IMG/VR virus record: IMGVR_UViG_2713896908_000007
DNA from: a virus
Taxonomy: Duplodnaviria; Heunggongvirae; Uroviricota; Caudoviricetes
DNA: 64,000 nt
Direction: 5' to 3' (one strand)
Numbering within the stretch: position 1 is the stretch's first letter; each line of letters opens with the position of its first letter. The notes under the pieces are model-generated. The model ran no database searches. It was not told where the DNA came from and worked only from the letters and a program-made list of their open reading frames with translations. Both the position numbers and the translations under genes were made by a program. Positions 39,334 to 48,901 of the stretch are shown piece by piece.

Positions 39334-39543
39334 ATGGCTTTCATTCCACCAACCATCGACGATGTTAGACATTGCTCTAACGCTTTATCTGTAGACCCCG
39401 CCGAAACCGACGCTGCTCGCGCCATTGCTGAACACTACTCAAAGATATCCAATCAGGAGTACCGCATCACCCAAGACGACCTGGATGACCTCACTGACAC
39501 AATCGAATATCTCATGGCAACTAACCAGTTAGATTCACAATAA
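39334..39543 (+). CDS. coi: Coi-like C1 inactivator (69 aa)
   Basis: Small ORF directly upstream of c1 with GTGAGG 6 nt upstream, downstream of operator pair. Confidence 0.65.
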   Translation: MAFIPPTIDDVRHCSNALSVDPAETDAARAIAEHYSKISNQEYRITQDDLDDLTDTIEYLMATNQLDSQ

Positions 39544-39653
39544 ATGCACTAATAAATCTATTATTTTTGTTTGATCCCTCTATAATATAGGTCAGTAATG
39601 ACCGGTTTTCTCAGCCGGGCGTTATTGACCATGTCAATTCTGGAGGAGGATCA

Positions 39654-40505
39654 ATGATAAATTATGTCTACGGCGAACAACTGTACCAGGAGTTCGTCAG
39701 CTTCAGGGATCTCTTTCTAAAAAAAGCTGTTGCACGCGCCCAACACGTTGATGCCGCCAGCGACGGTCGTCCTGTACGCCCGGTTGTCGTTCTACCGTTC
39801 AAAGAAACAGACAGCATTCAGGCTGAAATTGATAAATGGACTTTAATGGCGCGGGAACTGGAACAGTACCCAGACCTCAATATACCAAAGACTATTTTAT
39901 ATCCTGTGCCTAACATCCTTCGCGGTGTGCGTAAGGTTACGACCTATCAGACAGAAGCTGTAAACAGCGTCAACATGACCGCTGGCCGCATTATTCATCT
40001 GATTGATAAGGACATTCGCATCCAAAAAAGCGCGGGGTTCAATGAGCACAGTGCGAAATACATAGAGAACCTGGAAGCAACAAAAGAGCTAATGAAGCAG
40101 TACCCAGAGGATGAAAAATTCCGTATGCGCGTACACGGCTTTAGCGAAACAATGCTGCGCGTCCACTACATTTCCAGTAGCCCTAACTACAATGATGGTA
40201 AATCAGTGAGTTACCATGTGCCACTGTGTGGCGTGTTTATCTGCGATGAAACTCTCCGTGATGGAATTATCATCAACGGTGAATTCGAAAAAGCAAAATT
40301 TAGCCTTTATGACTCCATAGAACCGATCATCTGCGACCGCTGGCCGCAAGCAAAAATATATCGCCTGGCAGATATTGAAAATGTAAAAAAACAAATTGCC
40401 ATCACTCGCGAAGAGAAAAAGGTTAAGTCAGCCGCATCAGTTACGCGCAGCCGTAAAACTAAGAAGGGGCAGCCAGTAAACGACAACCCCGAAAGCGCGC
40501 AATAA
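39654..40505 (+). CDS. c1: C1 repressor of lysogeny (283 aa)
   Basis: GGAGGA upstream; size, position next to coi/loxP and the dispersed 17-mer operators fit P1 C1. Confidence 0.85.
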   Translation: MINYVYGEQLYQEFVSFRDLFLKKAVARAQHVDAASDGRPVRPVVVLPFKETDSIQAEIDKWTLMARELEQYPDLNIPKTILYPVPNILRGVRKVTTYQTEAVNSVNMTAGRIIHLIDKDIRIQKSAGFNEHSAKYIENLEATKELMKQYPEDEKFRMRVHGFSETMLRVHYISSSPNYNDGKSVSYHVPLCGVFICDETLRDGIIINGEFEKAKFSLYDSIEPIICDRWPQAKIYRLADIENVKKQIAITREEKKVKSAASVTRSRKTKKGQPVNDNPESAQ

Positions 40506-40508
40506 ATT

Positions 40509-40540
40509 ATGCCCGGCATCAACCGGGCATTCTTCCATTA
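40509..40540. terminator. Bidirectional terminator (ATGCCCGG-catcaa-CCGGGCAT)
   Basis: 8-bp stem flanked by A/T-rich runs; between convergent c1 and ant. Confidence 0.6.
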
Positions 40541-41653
40541 TTCAGCCGCCACCGGTTTTAACAAGCCAGCTTCGAGCAGTTTACGCGTCAACCACTGCTG
40601 GCCTTTCCCCGTTAATTGAGGCGTCAACCGTATCTGGTAGCCATCTTCATCATCCAGCACCACTTCTTTCACCGTGAAATACCCGGCGTTGATGTATTGC
40701 TGAAACGGTACATTTTTACGTCCACCGGACGCAATCAGGATGCCGTTCTCCCGTAACCAGGCAAACAGCGCGTTTTGCTTAAGTCCAACAACCTTTGCAA
40801 AATTTCCAATCAGGATCCCCTTGGCCACTGATACCCGGTCGGCAAAATCGACTTTGGGGGCTGCGGCCACCAGCTGCTGATTTAGCTGGTGGGCTTTCTG
40901 TTCCAGAAGTTGCTTTTGTTCAGCCAGTTCGGCAGCCAGACGCAGGGCTTCTGGAAGCGTCTGGGGGATTGCGATCGGTTGCTGTTCTTTTTGTCGGAAG
41001 TAGCTGTCTTCCAGTTTTTCAAAGAATGCCCATGCCTGATCGGTTTCGAGCATTTTAGCGTGACGGGCAGCTCCTCGTTCTGTCCACAGGATGAGAGAGC
41101 GCGCTTTGGGGGAGACTGGATTTTGTGAGTAGTTTAAAGCTACCCGCAAATTTTTCAGCTCATCGCCAATAACCTTGAAAAAGTGCTTCCCTTCAACAAA
41201 GCGTACTTTGTTCTCATGATGATTTTGACGAATACGGATTGTTTCTGTCCCATACCCTCTAGCAAGAGTCTCGGTTGTCACGACACGTACTCCCTGCCAT
41301 TCCAGAACGGGAATTTCATCCGGCTGATTCTGAACAACCACCAGTTCCGATTCCTGAACTGAAGGTGCATGAATTTTTTCTGATTTAACGTTAGTTGCTT
41401 TCATTCTGTGTGCCTCCTTGCGTGCTTCGGCTGCGACGGTTGCGTAATTCAGATGACCCTGTTCGAGCAGGTATTCACGGATATCGGTTAGCAGAATGCG
41501 GTGAACCGCGTGTTTGTCCTTTCTCCGGTAAAGTTGTTTGGTGATCATGAAGTAGTTGGCAATAACGCCCGGTATATCCCTGGTACTGATACAGGCAGTG
41601 TGCTGTTCAATTGCCTCGATCATCTCTTCACGGGTGACTAATGACGTTCTCAT
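40538..41653 (-). CDS. ant: Antirepressor (Ant1-like; ORF6N plus KilA-C type domains, 371 aa)
   Basis: C-terminal antirepressor-type sequence (LPEALRLAAELAEQKQLLEQKAHQL..LTGKGQQWLTRKLLEAG); AGGAGG 4 nt upstream; ATGA overlap with icd-like ORF. Confidence 0.7.
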   Translation of the reverse strand: MRTSLVTREEMIEAIEQHTACISTRDIPGVIANYFMITKQLYRRKDKHAVHRILLTDIREYLLEQGHLNYATVAAEARKEAHRMKATNVKSEKIHAPSVQESELVVVQNQPDEIPVLEWQGVRVVTTETLARGYGTETIRIRQNHHENKVRFVEGKHFFKVIGDELKNLRVALNYSQNPVSPKARSLILWTERGAARHAKMLETDQAWAFFEKLEDSYFRQKEQQPIAIPQTLPEALRLAAELAEQKQLLEQKAHQLNQQLVAAAPKVDFADRVSVAKGILIGNFAKVVGLKQNALFAWLRENGILIASGGRKNVPFQQYINAGYFTVKEVVLDDEDGYQIRLTPQLTGKGQQWLTRKLLEAGLLKPVAAE

Positions 41654-41871
41654 AGTCCCTCCTGAGCAGAAGCGTTAACAGGGAGGCACCAGTAACTGAG
41701 AGAATTGCGCGAATCGGTAGAAAAGCGGGCAGAGAAAATACAGGGAGCATCCGGAAGCTGAGAACGTGCCTCATCTTCTGTCGGTGCAATAACGAAGTGA
41801 TAGTGACGTTTTTGGCAGGAGTAAAAGCGCCAGATAAATTCAGGATGAGCAGGGGTAGGGATAGTAGCCAC
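41650..41871 (-). CDS. icd: Icd-like small protein (73 aa, GTG start) coupled to ant
   Basis: AAGGAGG 8 nt upstream of GTG; stop overlaps ant start; preceded by structured leader. Confidence 0.5.
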   Translation of the reverse strand: MATIPTPAHPEFIWRFYSCQKRHYHFVIAPTEDEARSQLPDAPCIFSARFSTDSRNSLSYWCLPVNASAQEGL

Positions 41872-42054
41872 AATGGCAGCCTCCTTTTGCTAATTTAAGG
41901 AGCTACCGCGTGAGGTCTCAATCTCAATGGCGGTAGCACTGACTGGGTTGAGACTACCGGCGCAAAAGGGAACCGGCCTGCCTTTCGGCAGCCCAGCCAG
42001 CACTACCATTGATCTCTGAGCTAAACGCTACGTATGGCTGTGCGATGGCATGAC

Positions 42055-42079
42055 ACAAAAAAAGACGCTTTTGGCGTCT
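42055..42079 (-). terminator. Intrinsic terminator (AGACGC-caaaa-GCGUCU + U7) downstream of pacB
   Basis: 6-bp stem 42063..42079 with A-run 42057..42063 on plus strand. Confidence 0.6.
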
Positions 42080-42190
42080 GTGTCGCCTTTTGCATTATCC
42101 GGGGTCTCAATCCCGGCACCCGTTTTACTGAGGTGCCTGATAAGCATAAACCGAAAATGCCTCAAGGCGCAAGAGGTCAGGTTCAATGTA
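42055..42190 (-). ncRNA. Candidate c4-like antisense RNA of the immI-type module
   Basis: Hairpin CCGGG-AUUGAGAC-CCCGG presents a loop complementary to GGUAGUCUCAACC in the downstream icd leader (plus 41946..41958); ends in AGACGC..GCGUCU hairpin + U7. Confidence 0.35.
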
Positions 42191-42210
42191 ACATCGGTAG
42201 TTAAAAAACA

Positions 42211-42227
42211 CAATTTATTAGAGCAAA
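42211..42227 (-). promoter_or_regulatory. C1 operator-like site (15/17)
   Basis: CAATTTATTAGAGCAAA 4 bp beyond pacB stop, upstream of c4-like/icd/ant region. Confidence 0.65.
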
Positions 42228-42230
42228 TAT

Positions 42231-43715
42231 TCATTCATTAAGCCATGCCAGAGCTTCATCAACCTGCGCTTCGTCTTCGACGCTAAGCACTTCATCCTGG
42301 GGAACATAATCCGCCAGCATAGCGAAACAATATGTATCCCAATGGTCTGGTGAGTGCAGGTTGAGTTTTTTCTTCATATCCTCCTTACTCATCACCTTCC
42401 ATTGACCTGCGGAGTTAATCCCTACAGGGATTTTCGACGCTTCCTCAATAGTTTCATTACCCTTATCCAGTCTCATACGACCAGATTTTACGGCCTCTGC
42501 GGCTTGAACGTTGGCATAAGCACGTTTATCAAAGTACAGGCTCTTATCTTCACGGCTATGCATCTTTTTACCCCAGCGTATACGCTGTACGGTAATACCA
42601 TAATACTCGTACATCAGATCCGCCGTTGCTTTACCCAGGCCATCGCCGTCTATCGCTATGGTGATATTTGGGAATCGCTCAGGATTACATTCTGCGAAAA
42701 TTTTGGCGGCAAGCTGCGTTTCTGTAACGTCTGTGTATTCCAGCATTCGATAGTTGATTACACGGCGTTTATTTCTCTGGCCGGACACCATCATGATATT
42801 GATAACGGACTTATCCCGTCCCGTACCACCAGCAACGTCCACACATGCAAGCCAGCCCCATCCTTTGGCAATCTTGACTTTCCGCCGCGTTGCACGTTCA
42901 ACCTCATCACGTCCAAGAAGGAAGCCATCCTGTGATTTAGGGAATAGGCCGCGTACCTTAATCATGTACATAGGGTTATCACGCCCGCCGTACTCCGCCA
43001 GCTTCATTTTGATAAATGCTGGCGCTACCAACGGTGATTCCTCACTGTTAAGCGTGATCGCCGTATAAACGCCATCAGGGTTACCAGGACGCTTGGCCAG
43101 TTTATGGTGAGTATCGTAGAAATAGCCGCTTGGGCGTGTAGGCTGTGACAGCAATAAGATGCGGTTATCCTGTCCGGTAAGAGCACCGGTGATGATACCG
43201 AAAGCTCTATCACTGACACCGGAGGCTTCATCGATAATATACAGAAGATGATCTGCGTGTTCACCTGCGAGAGCTTCTTCACTTCCCAGACGAAAGCCCT
43301 TCGGTACTACAGTCCATACACCTTTACCAGTAACTTCATAAAAAGCGGTTTCTGTCAGAACAAAATAATCAGCAAGCCACGGAAAACGGCTGGTGGCCGT
43401 AGCCCAGTTTATCTTGATGTACTTGAATATACCGGTCATTACCTGCTGAATTTTGTTCGCAACGATAATGGCTCGGGCACCGGGATACATGATTATGAAC
43501 AACATGATCATGATAGAAGTCATGTCTGATTTCCCGGTACCGTGACCAGACGAAACAGATGTCTTGCTACCCTGTTCCTGCACAGACTCAATAATCAGAT
43601 CCTGCTGCCAGGTAGGTGTTTTGCCGAACAAAACATCAGCGGCCGCAATCCAGTCATAACGATATAGCGCCACCAGCTCGCGCCAACGTGGATCCGTTAC
43701 GCAACTTCTGGCCAT
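42231..43715 (-). CDS. pacB: Terminase large subunit PacB (494 aa)
   Basis: Follows pacA with ATGA overlap; large terminase-size ORF. Confidence 0.8.
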   Translation of the reverse strand: MARSCVTDPRWRELVALYRYDWIAAADVLFGKTPTWQQDLIIESVQEQGSKTSVSSGHGTGKSDMTSIMIMLFIIMYPGARAIIVANKIQQVMTGIFKYIKINWATATSRFPWLADYFVLTETAFYEVTGKGVWTVVPKGFRLGSEEALAGEHADHLLYIIDEASGVSDRAFGIITGALTGQDNRILLLSQPTRPSGYFYDTHHKLAKRPGNPDGVYTAITLNSEESPLVAPAFIKMKLAEYGGRDNPMYMIKVRGLFPKSQDGFLLGRDEVERATRRKVKIAKGWGWLACVDVAGGTGRDKSVINIMMVSGQRNKRRVINYRMLEYTDVTETQLAAKIFAECNPERFPNITIAIDGDGLGKATADLMYEYYGITVQRIRWGKKMHSREDKSLYFDKRAYANVQAAEAVKSGRMRLDKGNETIEEASKIPVGINSAGQWKVMSKEDMKKKLNLHSPDHWDTYCFAMLADYVPQDEVLSVEDEAQVDEALAWLNE

Positions 43716-44908
43716 TAATCATCATCCCCGTATAGCTTGCGGGTAACTTCTTCGTCTTCCTCCTCGTCTTCGTCCAGGTCTTGTTCCAGCCATGGGGCGT
43801 TTGATACACCTTCAGTATCAACATCTCCATAACCGCCTGTATCAACGATATCGGCGATTTCTTCCCTACGCTGCTCAATCCACAATGCGGCATCGGCGCG
43901 GCGGTTGGCGGCCCGTTCTCGCGCAACTTTGTCCAGATCTTCAAGAGAAGGGCCACCGACGGCTGTTTGCCTTTCCTCATCATCGGTATTGGTCTTAGGA
44001 GCACGCAGATCAGCTTTGATTTGCTCCAGCATCAAGGGCGGTACTTTCCCACCATGCGCCTCGATGAATTCTGCTGCCTCCAGCACTGACCAGTTATTTT
44101 CACGCTTTCGTTCGTATGCCAGCTTAACAATGCCAGCTTGCCCCATAGATAAAGCGTGCTTTTCCGCCTCCCGGCTTTCTTTTCGATAGTTATTCCGGAT
44201 GCTGTAAATGGTGTTGATCAGGCTGCTTATCTGCGCGGAACAGCTGTTTAGCATGCTCGCGATACGATATTCAGGCGGAGTCCCTTCATCATCGTCTTTT
44301 TGTTGATCGCGCATTTCCTGCACCAAGCGAATACACGTATCCCTGGCGTTCTCCAGCATAAGGAGATGAGAAAGAGACTTTTCCAGAAGGGTGGTCTCCA
44401 GAACATCAGCCCCGGACCGACGCAACATAGCGCGCGCAGCCTTCCGCGCTTCAACGTTATCTATCAGGTAATCGCCAGCTTCGAATTCAAAGCGCTCACC
44501 ATCATCATCCAGGGTGTCGCGCTCCAGGCGATCACGTAAGGTCCGGTGGGCGCGGGTGATCACGTCATGATCATCTGAACGATCTTTTATGCGCTTATTT
44601 TGGCGCTTTGCATTCTCGACTGCGACACTGACAATGGCATTAACCCTTTGTTTTTCTGCTATTTCAGCCGCAATGTGATCACCTGCATGTTGATCATTAG
44701 AGTGATCAATGATCATGCTTTTTAGTGGCTTCCTGACTGGCTTATTTGGCTTGCGGCTGTCCGCAGTCCTGGTGTCTTCTTTGAAGGCACGGAGATAACG
44801 ACGTGCGGTATTAGGGTTAAGATTAAACTCGGCGGCATACTGTGCGATGGTGTAACCACCATCTCGCGCCAGGCGAGCAAAATTCTTCTTGTGATCGTCC
44901 CAGGTCAC
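43715..44908 (-). CDS. pacA: Terminase small subunit/pac-recognition protein PacA (397 aa, GTG start)
   Basis: Contains the pac hexanucleotide cluster in its 5' part; AAGGAAG 5 nt upstream of GTG. Confidence 0.8.
   Translation of the reverse strand: MTWDDHKKNFARLARDGGYTIAQYAAEFNLNPNTARRYLRAFKEDTRTADSRKPNKPVRKPLKSMIIDHSNDQHAGDHIAAEIAEKQRVNAIVSVAVENAKRQNKRIKDRSDDHDVITRAHRTLRDRLERDTLDDDGERFEFEAGDYLIDNVEARKAARAMLRRSGADVLETTLLEKSLSHLLMLENARDTCIRLVQEMRDQQKDDDEGTPPEYRIASMLNSCSAQISSLINTIYSIRNNYRKESREAEKHALSMGQAGIVKLAYERKRENNWSVLEAAEFIEAHGGKVPPLMLEQIKADLRAPKTNTDDEERQTAVGGPSLEDLDKVARERAANRRADAALWIEQRREEIADIVDTGGYGDVDTEGVSNAPWLEQDLDEDEEEDEEVTRKLYGDDD
44529..44715. other. pac: pac packaging site (TGATCA hexanucleotide clusters)
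   Basis: Four TGATCA at 44676..44715; two TGATCA plus two CGATC at 44529..44584; all contain Dam GATC; inside pacA as in P1. Confidence 0.8.
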
Positions 44909-44939
44909 TTATGCTTCCTTTCGTAAAAACTCTTTTTGA

Positions 44940-44965
44940 CGCGAGGGTAACGAAAGTCACATGTC
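44940..44965 (-). promoter_or_regulatory. Candidate late-promoter motif upstream of pacA (minus strand GTGACTTTCGTTACCC)
   Basis: About 35 nt upstream of pacA start; same AGTCACTT/GTGACTTT core as other late-gene upstream regions. Confidence 0.35.
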
Positions 44966-45011
44966 AAAAGGCCCGGAACGGGCAAGCAATCAGCAAACAA
45001 CCGCCGAGAAC

Positions 45012-45034
45012 CCTCGCCCAATGCGGGCGGGGAG
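45012..45034 (+). repeat. Left flanking hairpin repeat of TnpB element
   Basis: CCTCGCCCAATGCGGGCGGGGAG; stem CGCCC/GGGCG. Confidence 0.8.
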
Positions 45035-45115
45035 GAAAGGCGGGAAAGCCCACAGGGCTTTAAAAAAAAATCATTACGGTGTTAGCATAAAAACCTGTAT
45101 CAATGAGCGGTGACT

Positions 45116-46291
45116 ATGTTAAGAGCGACAAAAGTACGCATCTATCCAACCACTAAACAGGCTGAGTATCTCAACGCCCAGTTCGGCGCCGTGCGTTTTG
45201 CGTACAACAAAGCTCTTCACATCAAAAAACACGCTTACCAGCGACACGGAGTGAATTTAAGTCCGCGTAAAGATTTAAAACCGTTGTTGTCTGTGGCGAA
45301 GAAGTCCCGTAAGTATGCCTGGCTTAAAGAATTTGATTCAATGGCATTGCAACAGGCGGTGATTAATCTTGATGTGGCGTTTTCCAACTTTTTTAATCCG
45401 AAGCTGAAAGCCCGGTTCCCGACGTTTAAACGTAAACATGGGAAGCAATCGAGCTACCATTGTGTCGGGATTAAAGTACTGGAGAATGCCATCAAAATTC
45501 CTAAGCTGGCACCGATAGAAGCGCGTATACACCGTGTAATGACGGGAAAAGTGACGAGCATAACAATCACTCGCAGTGCCACCGGGAAATACTACGCATC
45601 CATCCTTTGTGAAGACGGTATTCCCACACCAGCGAAACCTGCGTATCTGGAGGAAGAAAAGATTACTGGTGTGGATATGGGACTTGAGCACTATGCCATC
45701 AGGTCTGACCGGGCAAAAATTGCGAATCCCCGCCATCTCATCAATGCCAGCCGTAATCTGCGACGCAAACAAAAAGCGCTATCCCGCAAGCAAAAGGGAA
45801 GCGCGAATCGTAAAAAGGCCAGAATCCGTCTTGCGGCCATACACGAACGGGTAGCGAATGCCCGTGCTGATTTTCAACATAAACTTTCTCGTACAATTGT
45901 TGACGAAAACCAAGCGGTAATTGTCGAGACGCTGAAAACAGCCAACATGATGAAAAACCACAATCTGGCAAGAGCAATAGGTGATGCAGGCTGGCATAGC
46001 TTCATCACAAAGCTGGAGTACAAGGCAGCGGAAAAAGGCGTTCACCTGGTAAAACTCGACCAGTGGTTTGCCAGTTCGAAAACGTGCCATTGTTGTGGTT
46101 ACAAAATGCCGGAAATGCCGCTTCATAAACGCATCTGGCGATGCCCTGAATGTGAAGCAGAGCATGACCGCGATATCAATGCGGCACTCAACATCCGGCA
46201 AAAAGGGATACTGGAACTAAAGGCGGCGGGACTCGTCGTCTCTGCCCATGGAGGCCAGCGTAAATCCGTCGTACAGACGGTTGCGGCCTGA
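45116..46291 (+). CDS. tnpB: TnpB (IS200/IS605 OrfB family, 391 aa)
   Basis: N-terminus MLRATKVRIYPTTKQAEYL; RuvC-like motifs GVDMGL, VIVETL, HDRDINAALNI; zinc finger CHCCGY..CPECEAEHD. Confidence 0.9.
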   Translation: MLRATKVRIYPTTKQAEYLNAQFGAVRFAYNKALHIKKHAYQRHGVNLSPRKDLKPLLSVAKKSRKYAWLKEFDSMALQQAVINLDVAFSNFFNPKLKARFPTFKRKHGKQSSYHCVGIKVLENAIKIPKLAPIEARIHRVMTGKVTSITITRSATGKYYASILCEDGIPTPAKPAYLEEEKITGVDMGLEHYAIRSDRAKIANPRHLINASRNLRRKQKALSRKQKGSANRKKARIRLAAIHERVANARADFQHKLSRTIVDENQAVIVETLKTANMMKNHNLARAIGDAGWHSFITKLEYKAAEKGVHLVKLDQWFASSKTCHCCGYKMPEMPLHKRIWRCPECEAEHDRDINAALNIRQKGILELKAAGLVVSAHGGQRKSVVQTVAA

Positions 46292-46302
46292 GATGTGGGA
46301 AG

Positions 46303-46324
46303 CCTCGCCCAACCGGGCGGGGAG
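46303..46324 (+). repeat. Right flanking hairpin repeat of TnpB element
   Basis: CCTCGCCCAACCGGGCGGGGAG, 21/22 identical to the left copy. Confidence 0.8.
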
Positions 46325-46327
46325 CAG

Positions 46328-46780
46328 TCACATACGTGCGGATGTGGCATTACCGTAATGACGGTGCTGACGGGCCACCTTATTGAAAAGTTGACGCGCC
46401 ATTACCCAAGGCTGGTGCTCCCGGCGTTCCTTTTCGTCCTGCGTCATATAGAGTTCGTTCTGGAGTTTTTCATCAAACCGGCGCGGAGCGCGGCTACGGC
46501 GAAAGAATTCAGGATTCAGAGAGTGGATCTGAAATCTACGTGGGCGTGTACTGTCATCAATCAAAACAGACGAATACTTAGACACAGCAATAGCCTTTAA
46601 GCGCAGATAAACATCGCGCTTATCGACATCCAGATGCGGGTATTCCTTTTCAAGAATTGCTGCGAGTTCTTTCGCTGATAGAAGAGATTTAGTGCGGATC
46701 ATGTAATCCGCAATCTCGTACGATGTTATTCGTGAGTGATTTATTTCCATGAAGTGGCGTCCCTGCCAGTTAAGTAACAT
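46328..46780 (-). CDS. lpa: Late promoter activator Lpa-like (150 aa)
   Basis: AGGTGA 5 nt upstream of ATG 46780; operator-like site just upstream; position between pdcB and pacA. Confidence 0.6.
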   Translation of the reverse strand: MLLNWQGRHFMEINHSRITSYEIADYMIRTKSLLSAKELAAILEKEYPHLDVDKRDVYLRLKAIAVSKYSSVLIDDSTRPRRFQIHSLNPEFFRRSRAPRRFDEKLQNELYMTQDEKERREHQPWVMARQLFNKVARQHRHYGNATSARM

Positions 46781-46851
46781 CCTGTCACCTACTGATTAGC
46801 CCATGTCAACTAATCAACGTCGAATATAATACCCTCGATTAAAGAAATAGC

Positions 46852-46868
46852 AATACATTAGAGCAATT
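46852..46868 (-). promoter_or_regulatory. C1 operator-like site (14/17) upstream of lpa
   Basis: CAATACATTAGAGCAAT about 70 bp upstream of lpa start. Confidence 0.6.
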
Positions 46869-47912
46869 TTATCTAACGCTCGACGAATGACTTGTGATAG
46901 CGCCGACTCCAAGCGCGTAATCAAAGAACAATCGTTGATGCATCGCCAGCCTACCGTGCGTCTTCTCCCAATTATCGCGGTCACGCTCAATATCACGCTG
47001 GCATGACTGGCACAGAGGAATAGCATAAATGTCATGCGCGCATAATCGACTATGACGAACGATATAAGGCGTAATGTGAGCGCCAGCTCCCGCAGCTCCA
47101 CAGCCACAGCATGGACGGGAAGCCACAAAATCCATGTACTCGGGCAATTTTAGCAATTGAAGTTTTGGTATTTTGAAATGCGCCATGCCAGGGTCGGAGT
47201 CAACATCCACAGGGCATACTTTTGCACGCATCGGCGCGGCGCGTTCTTCCATCATCTGAACATATGCTGTAGCGCGATCGTCATACGGGCGAATATCCGC
47301 CTCTTTCAGAGGTCCGCTATCCTGCGTTGCAGCCCTCACCTTATTTATTGATATACGGCAGACTTCTTCCGGCATGAGGTGGATCATGTTGCGCATGAAA
47401 GCCCACCAGCACAGCTCCTGAATACTTAAATCATGACCATCAGAAAGGCCCATTTCCTGACGAGCGACATCCAGTATCCAGTTAACGCGATTATTATGCA
47501 GCGTTTCTTTCAGCTCATTAAAACCACGCATCCGGTAATGATTATCGTGATGCCAGCACAACAACACCGCGCTGTTGTCTCGTTCAGCGTGGACAATATG
47601 GTTGTCACACCAGCTACGATCTGCGGCCTGGCATTGCCCCTCTTTCCTGCGCAACCACGCCACCAGCGCGTCAATTCCACCAATACGGCGAAACAGTTCA
47701 TCGCTGTTAAAAAACGGCTGCAACGCCTCATTTGTTGCCATAGTTTGCTCGGAAACAACGAGGCCGTCGTCCATGTGCTCGATTAACTCACGCGGCACCG
47801 GCTCCATAATAAATTTACGGCCAGCCTCCACCAGCTTTCTGACTTCCTGATCCACTTTGAATGTGGCGACGCCAAGCTCTTTTTGTACAAAGGGAGTAAT
47901 TACGGCTTTCAC
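46869..47912 (-). CDS. PdcB-like protein (347 aa, GTG start)
   Basis: Cys-rich C-terminus [38 protein letters not shown]; downstream of doc-pdcA. Confidence 0.55.
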   Translation of the reverse strand: MKAVITPFVQKELGVATFKVDQEVRKLVEAGRKFIMEPVPRELIEHMDDGLVVSEQTMATNEALQPFFNSDELFRRIGGIDALVAWLRRKEGQCQAADRSWCDNHIVHAERDNSAVLLCWHHDNHYRMRGFNELKETLHNNRVNWILDVARQEMGLSDGHDLSIQELCWWAFMRNMIHLMPEEVCRISINKVRAATQDSGPLKEADIRPYDDRATAYVQMMEERAAPMRAKVCPVDVDSDPGMAHFKIPKLQLLKLPEYMDFVASRPCCGCGAAGAGAHITPYIVRHSRLCAHDIYAIPLCQSCQRDIERDRDNWEKTHGRLAMHQRLFFDYALGVGAITSHSSSVR

Positions 47913-47939
47913 ATCACACCTTTCATCACTGATTTGGCT

Positions 47940-48140
47940 TTATCTGCTGCCCGGCATTTTCTGTTTAAGCACAACCATTTCCTGACGGCATAACACAGCA
48001 ATAGCGGTCCTGGCACCAATTTGCTTACCAACCAGGTATTGCTTTACCTTGCGGCGACTCACGCCATCAAGAAGCATCTTTAACGCTTCACGGGACAATT
48101 TGTTGTATTTGCGTGCCATTAATCTACTCCGCAGAACCAT
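47940..48140 (-). CDS. PdcA-like small protein (66 aa)
   Basis: ATG 48140 overlapping doc 3' end; basic, HTH-like. Confidence 0.45.
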
Positions 48141-48504
48141 ACAATCTACGTAACGTGTCGGCGACAGAAGATACAGATATCTCGCCAGTCGCAGCGCCTA
48201 CAGTAAGGTCTGCCAGTTCAGGTGAATCAAATACCTGCACCCCGTTACGGCGTAGAAATAGCAGCGCACTGTTTAGCGCGGTACGCTTATTGGCATCATT
48301 GAATATATGCCCTCTCGCTGTAGCCACCAGGTAGGTGGCGGAGACTTCGAAAAGGTCGGTGATCTCTTCGTAGGCAACTCTGGCCTGAACTCTCCCGATA
48401 ATGGCCTCTGCCCTACCCGGATCTGACATTCCCGGCAGGCCGCCGTAGCGGCTTATATTCGCATCATGAAGCGCAATAAGTTCTTCCGGTGATATATGCC
48501 TCAT
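48124..48504 (-). CDS. doc: Doc toxin (Fic-fold kinase, 126 aa)
   Basis: [44 protein letters not shown]; start overlaps phd stop by 1 nt. Confidence 0.95.
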
Positions 48505-48725
48505 TATCGGTTAACCAGTTCCTTGTTGGTGGAGTCCAGGGTGTCAAACAGGGATGCAAATTCAGCATCCAGCGCCGCTTTTTTGTAGGCTTCGAAAGTG
48601 GCCTTGCTGACAATTACGGCTGATTCACGGCCTCTGCGGATGATTTCAACCTCTTCCCCTGCTTCAACATTATTGAGCACTTCGCTAAGGTTGCCGCGTG
48701 CGGTACGGAAGTTAATGGATTGCAT
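48504..48725 (-). CDS. phd: Phd antitoxin (73 aa)
   Basis: [73 protein letters not shown]. Confidence 0.95.
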
Positions 48726-48729
48726 AAAC

Positions 48730-48770
48730 ACCTCGTGTACTCGTTATGTGTACACAATTATAAACTTCAC
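48730..48770 (-). promoter_or_regulatory. phd-doc promoter/operator with palindromes
   Basis: Perfect palindrome TGTGTACACA (48747..48756) and half-site GTGTAC (48735..48740) between TTATAAT -10 and phd SD. Confidence 0.6.
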
Positions 48771-48901
48771 AAGCATAAAGCACCAGCACTTTGCAGCTTA
48801 ACAAAACTCTAGGCAGGTCATTCGTTGCCTAATATCCGAACTACTAAAGCATCAGAGTTGCTGTAGAATCACCGCCAATTACATAAGCCTGAAATAAGTG
48901 G

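Larger units (their letters stand above)
45000..46335 (+). mobile_element. IS200/IS605-family TnpB-only element bounded by near-identical hairpin repeats
   Basis: tnpB ORF flanked by CCTCGCCCAA(TG/C)CGGGCGGGGAG at 45012..45034 and 46303..46324. Confidence 0.6.

Noticed and set aside
39371-39387. Operator-like ATTGCTCTAACGCTTTA inside coi
   Set aside because: Ten contiguous matches but only 12/17 overall and inside coding sequence; may be a weak auxiliary site, not called.
41990-42030. tRNA-like segment (UAGCUCAGAG..GGUAG) in the c4-like region
   Set aside because: No 7-bp acceptor stem, T-arm or anticodon arm could be built; treated as part of the structured antisense/leader region, not a tRNA gene.
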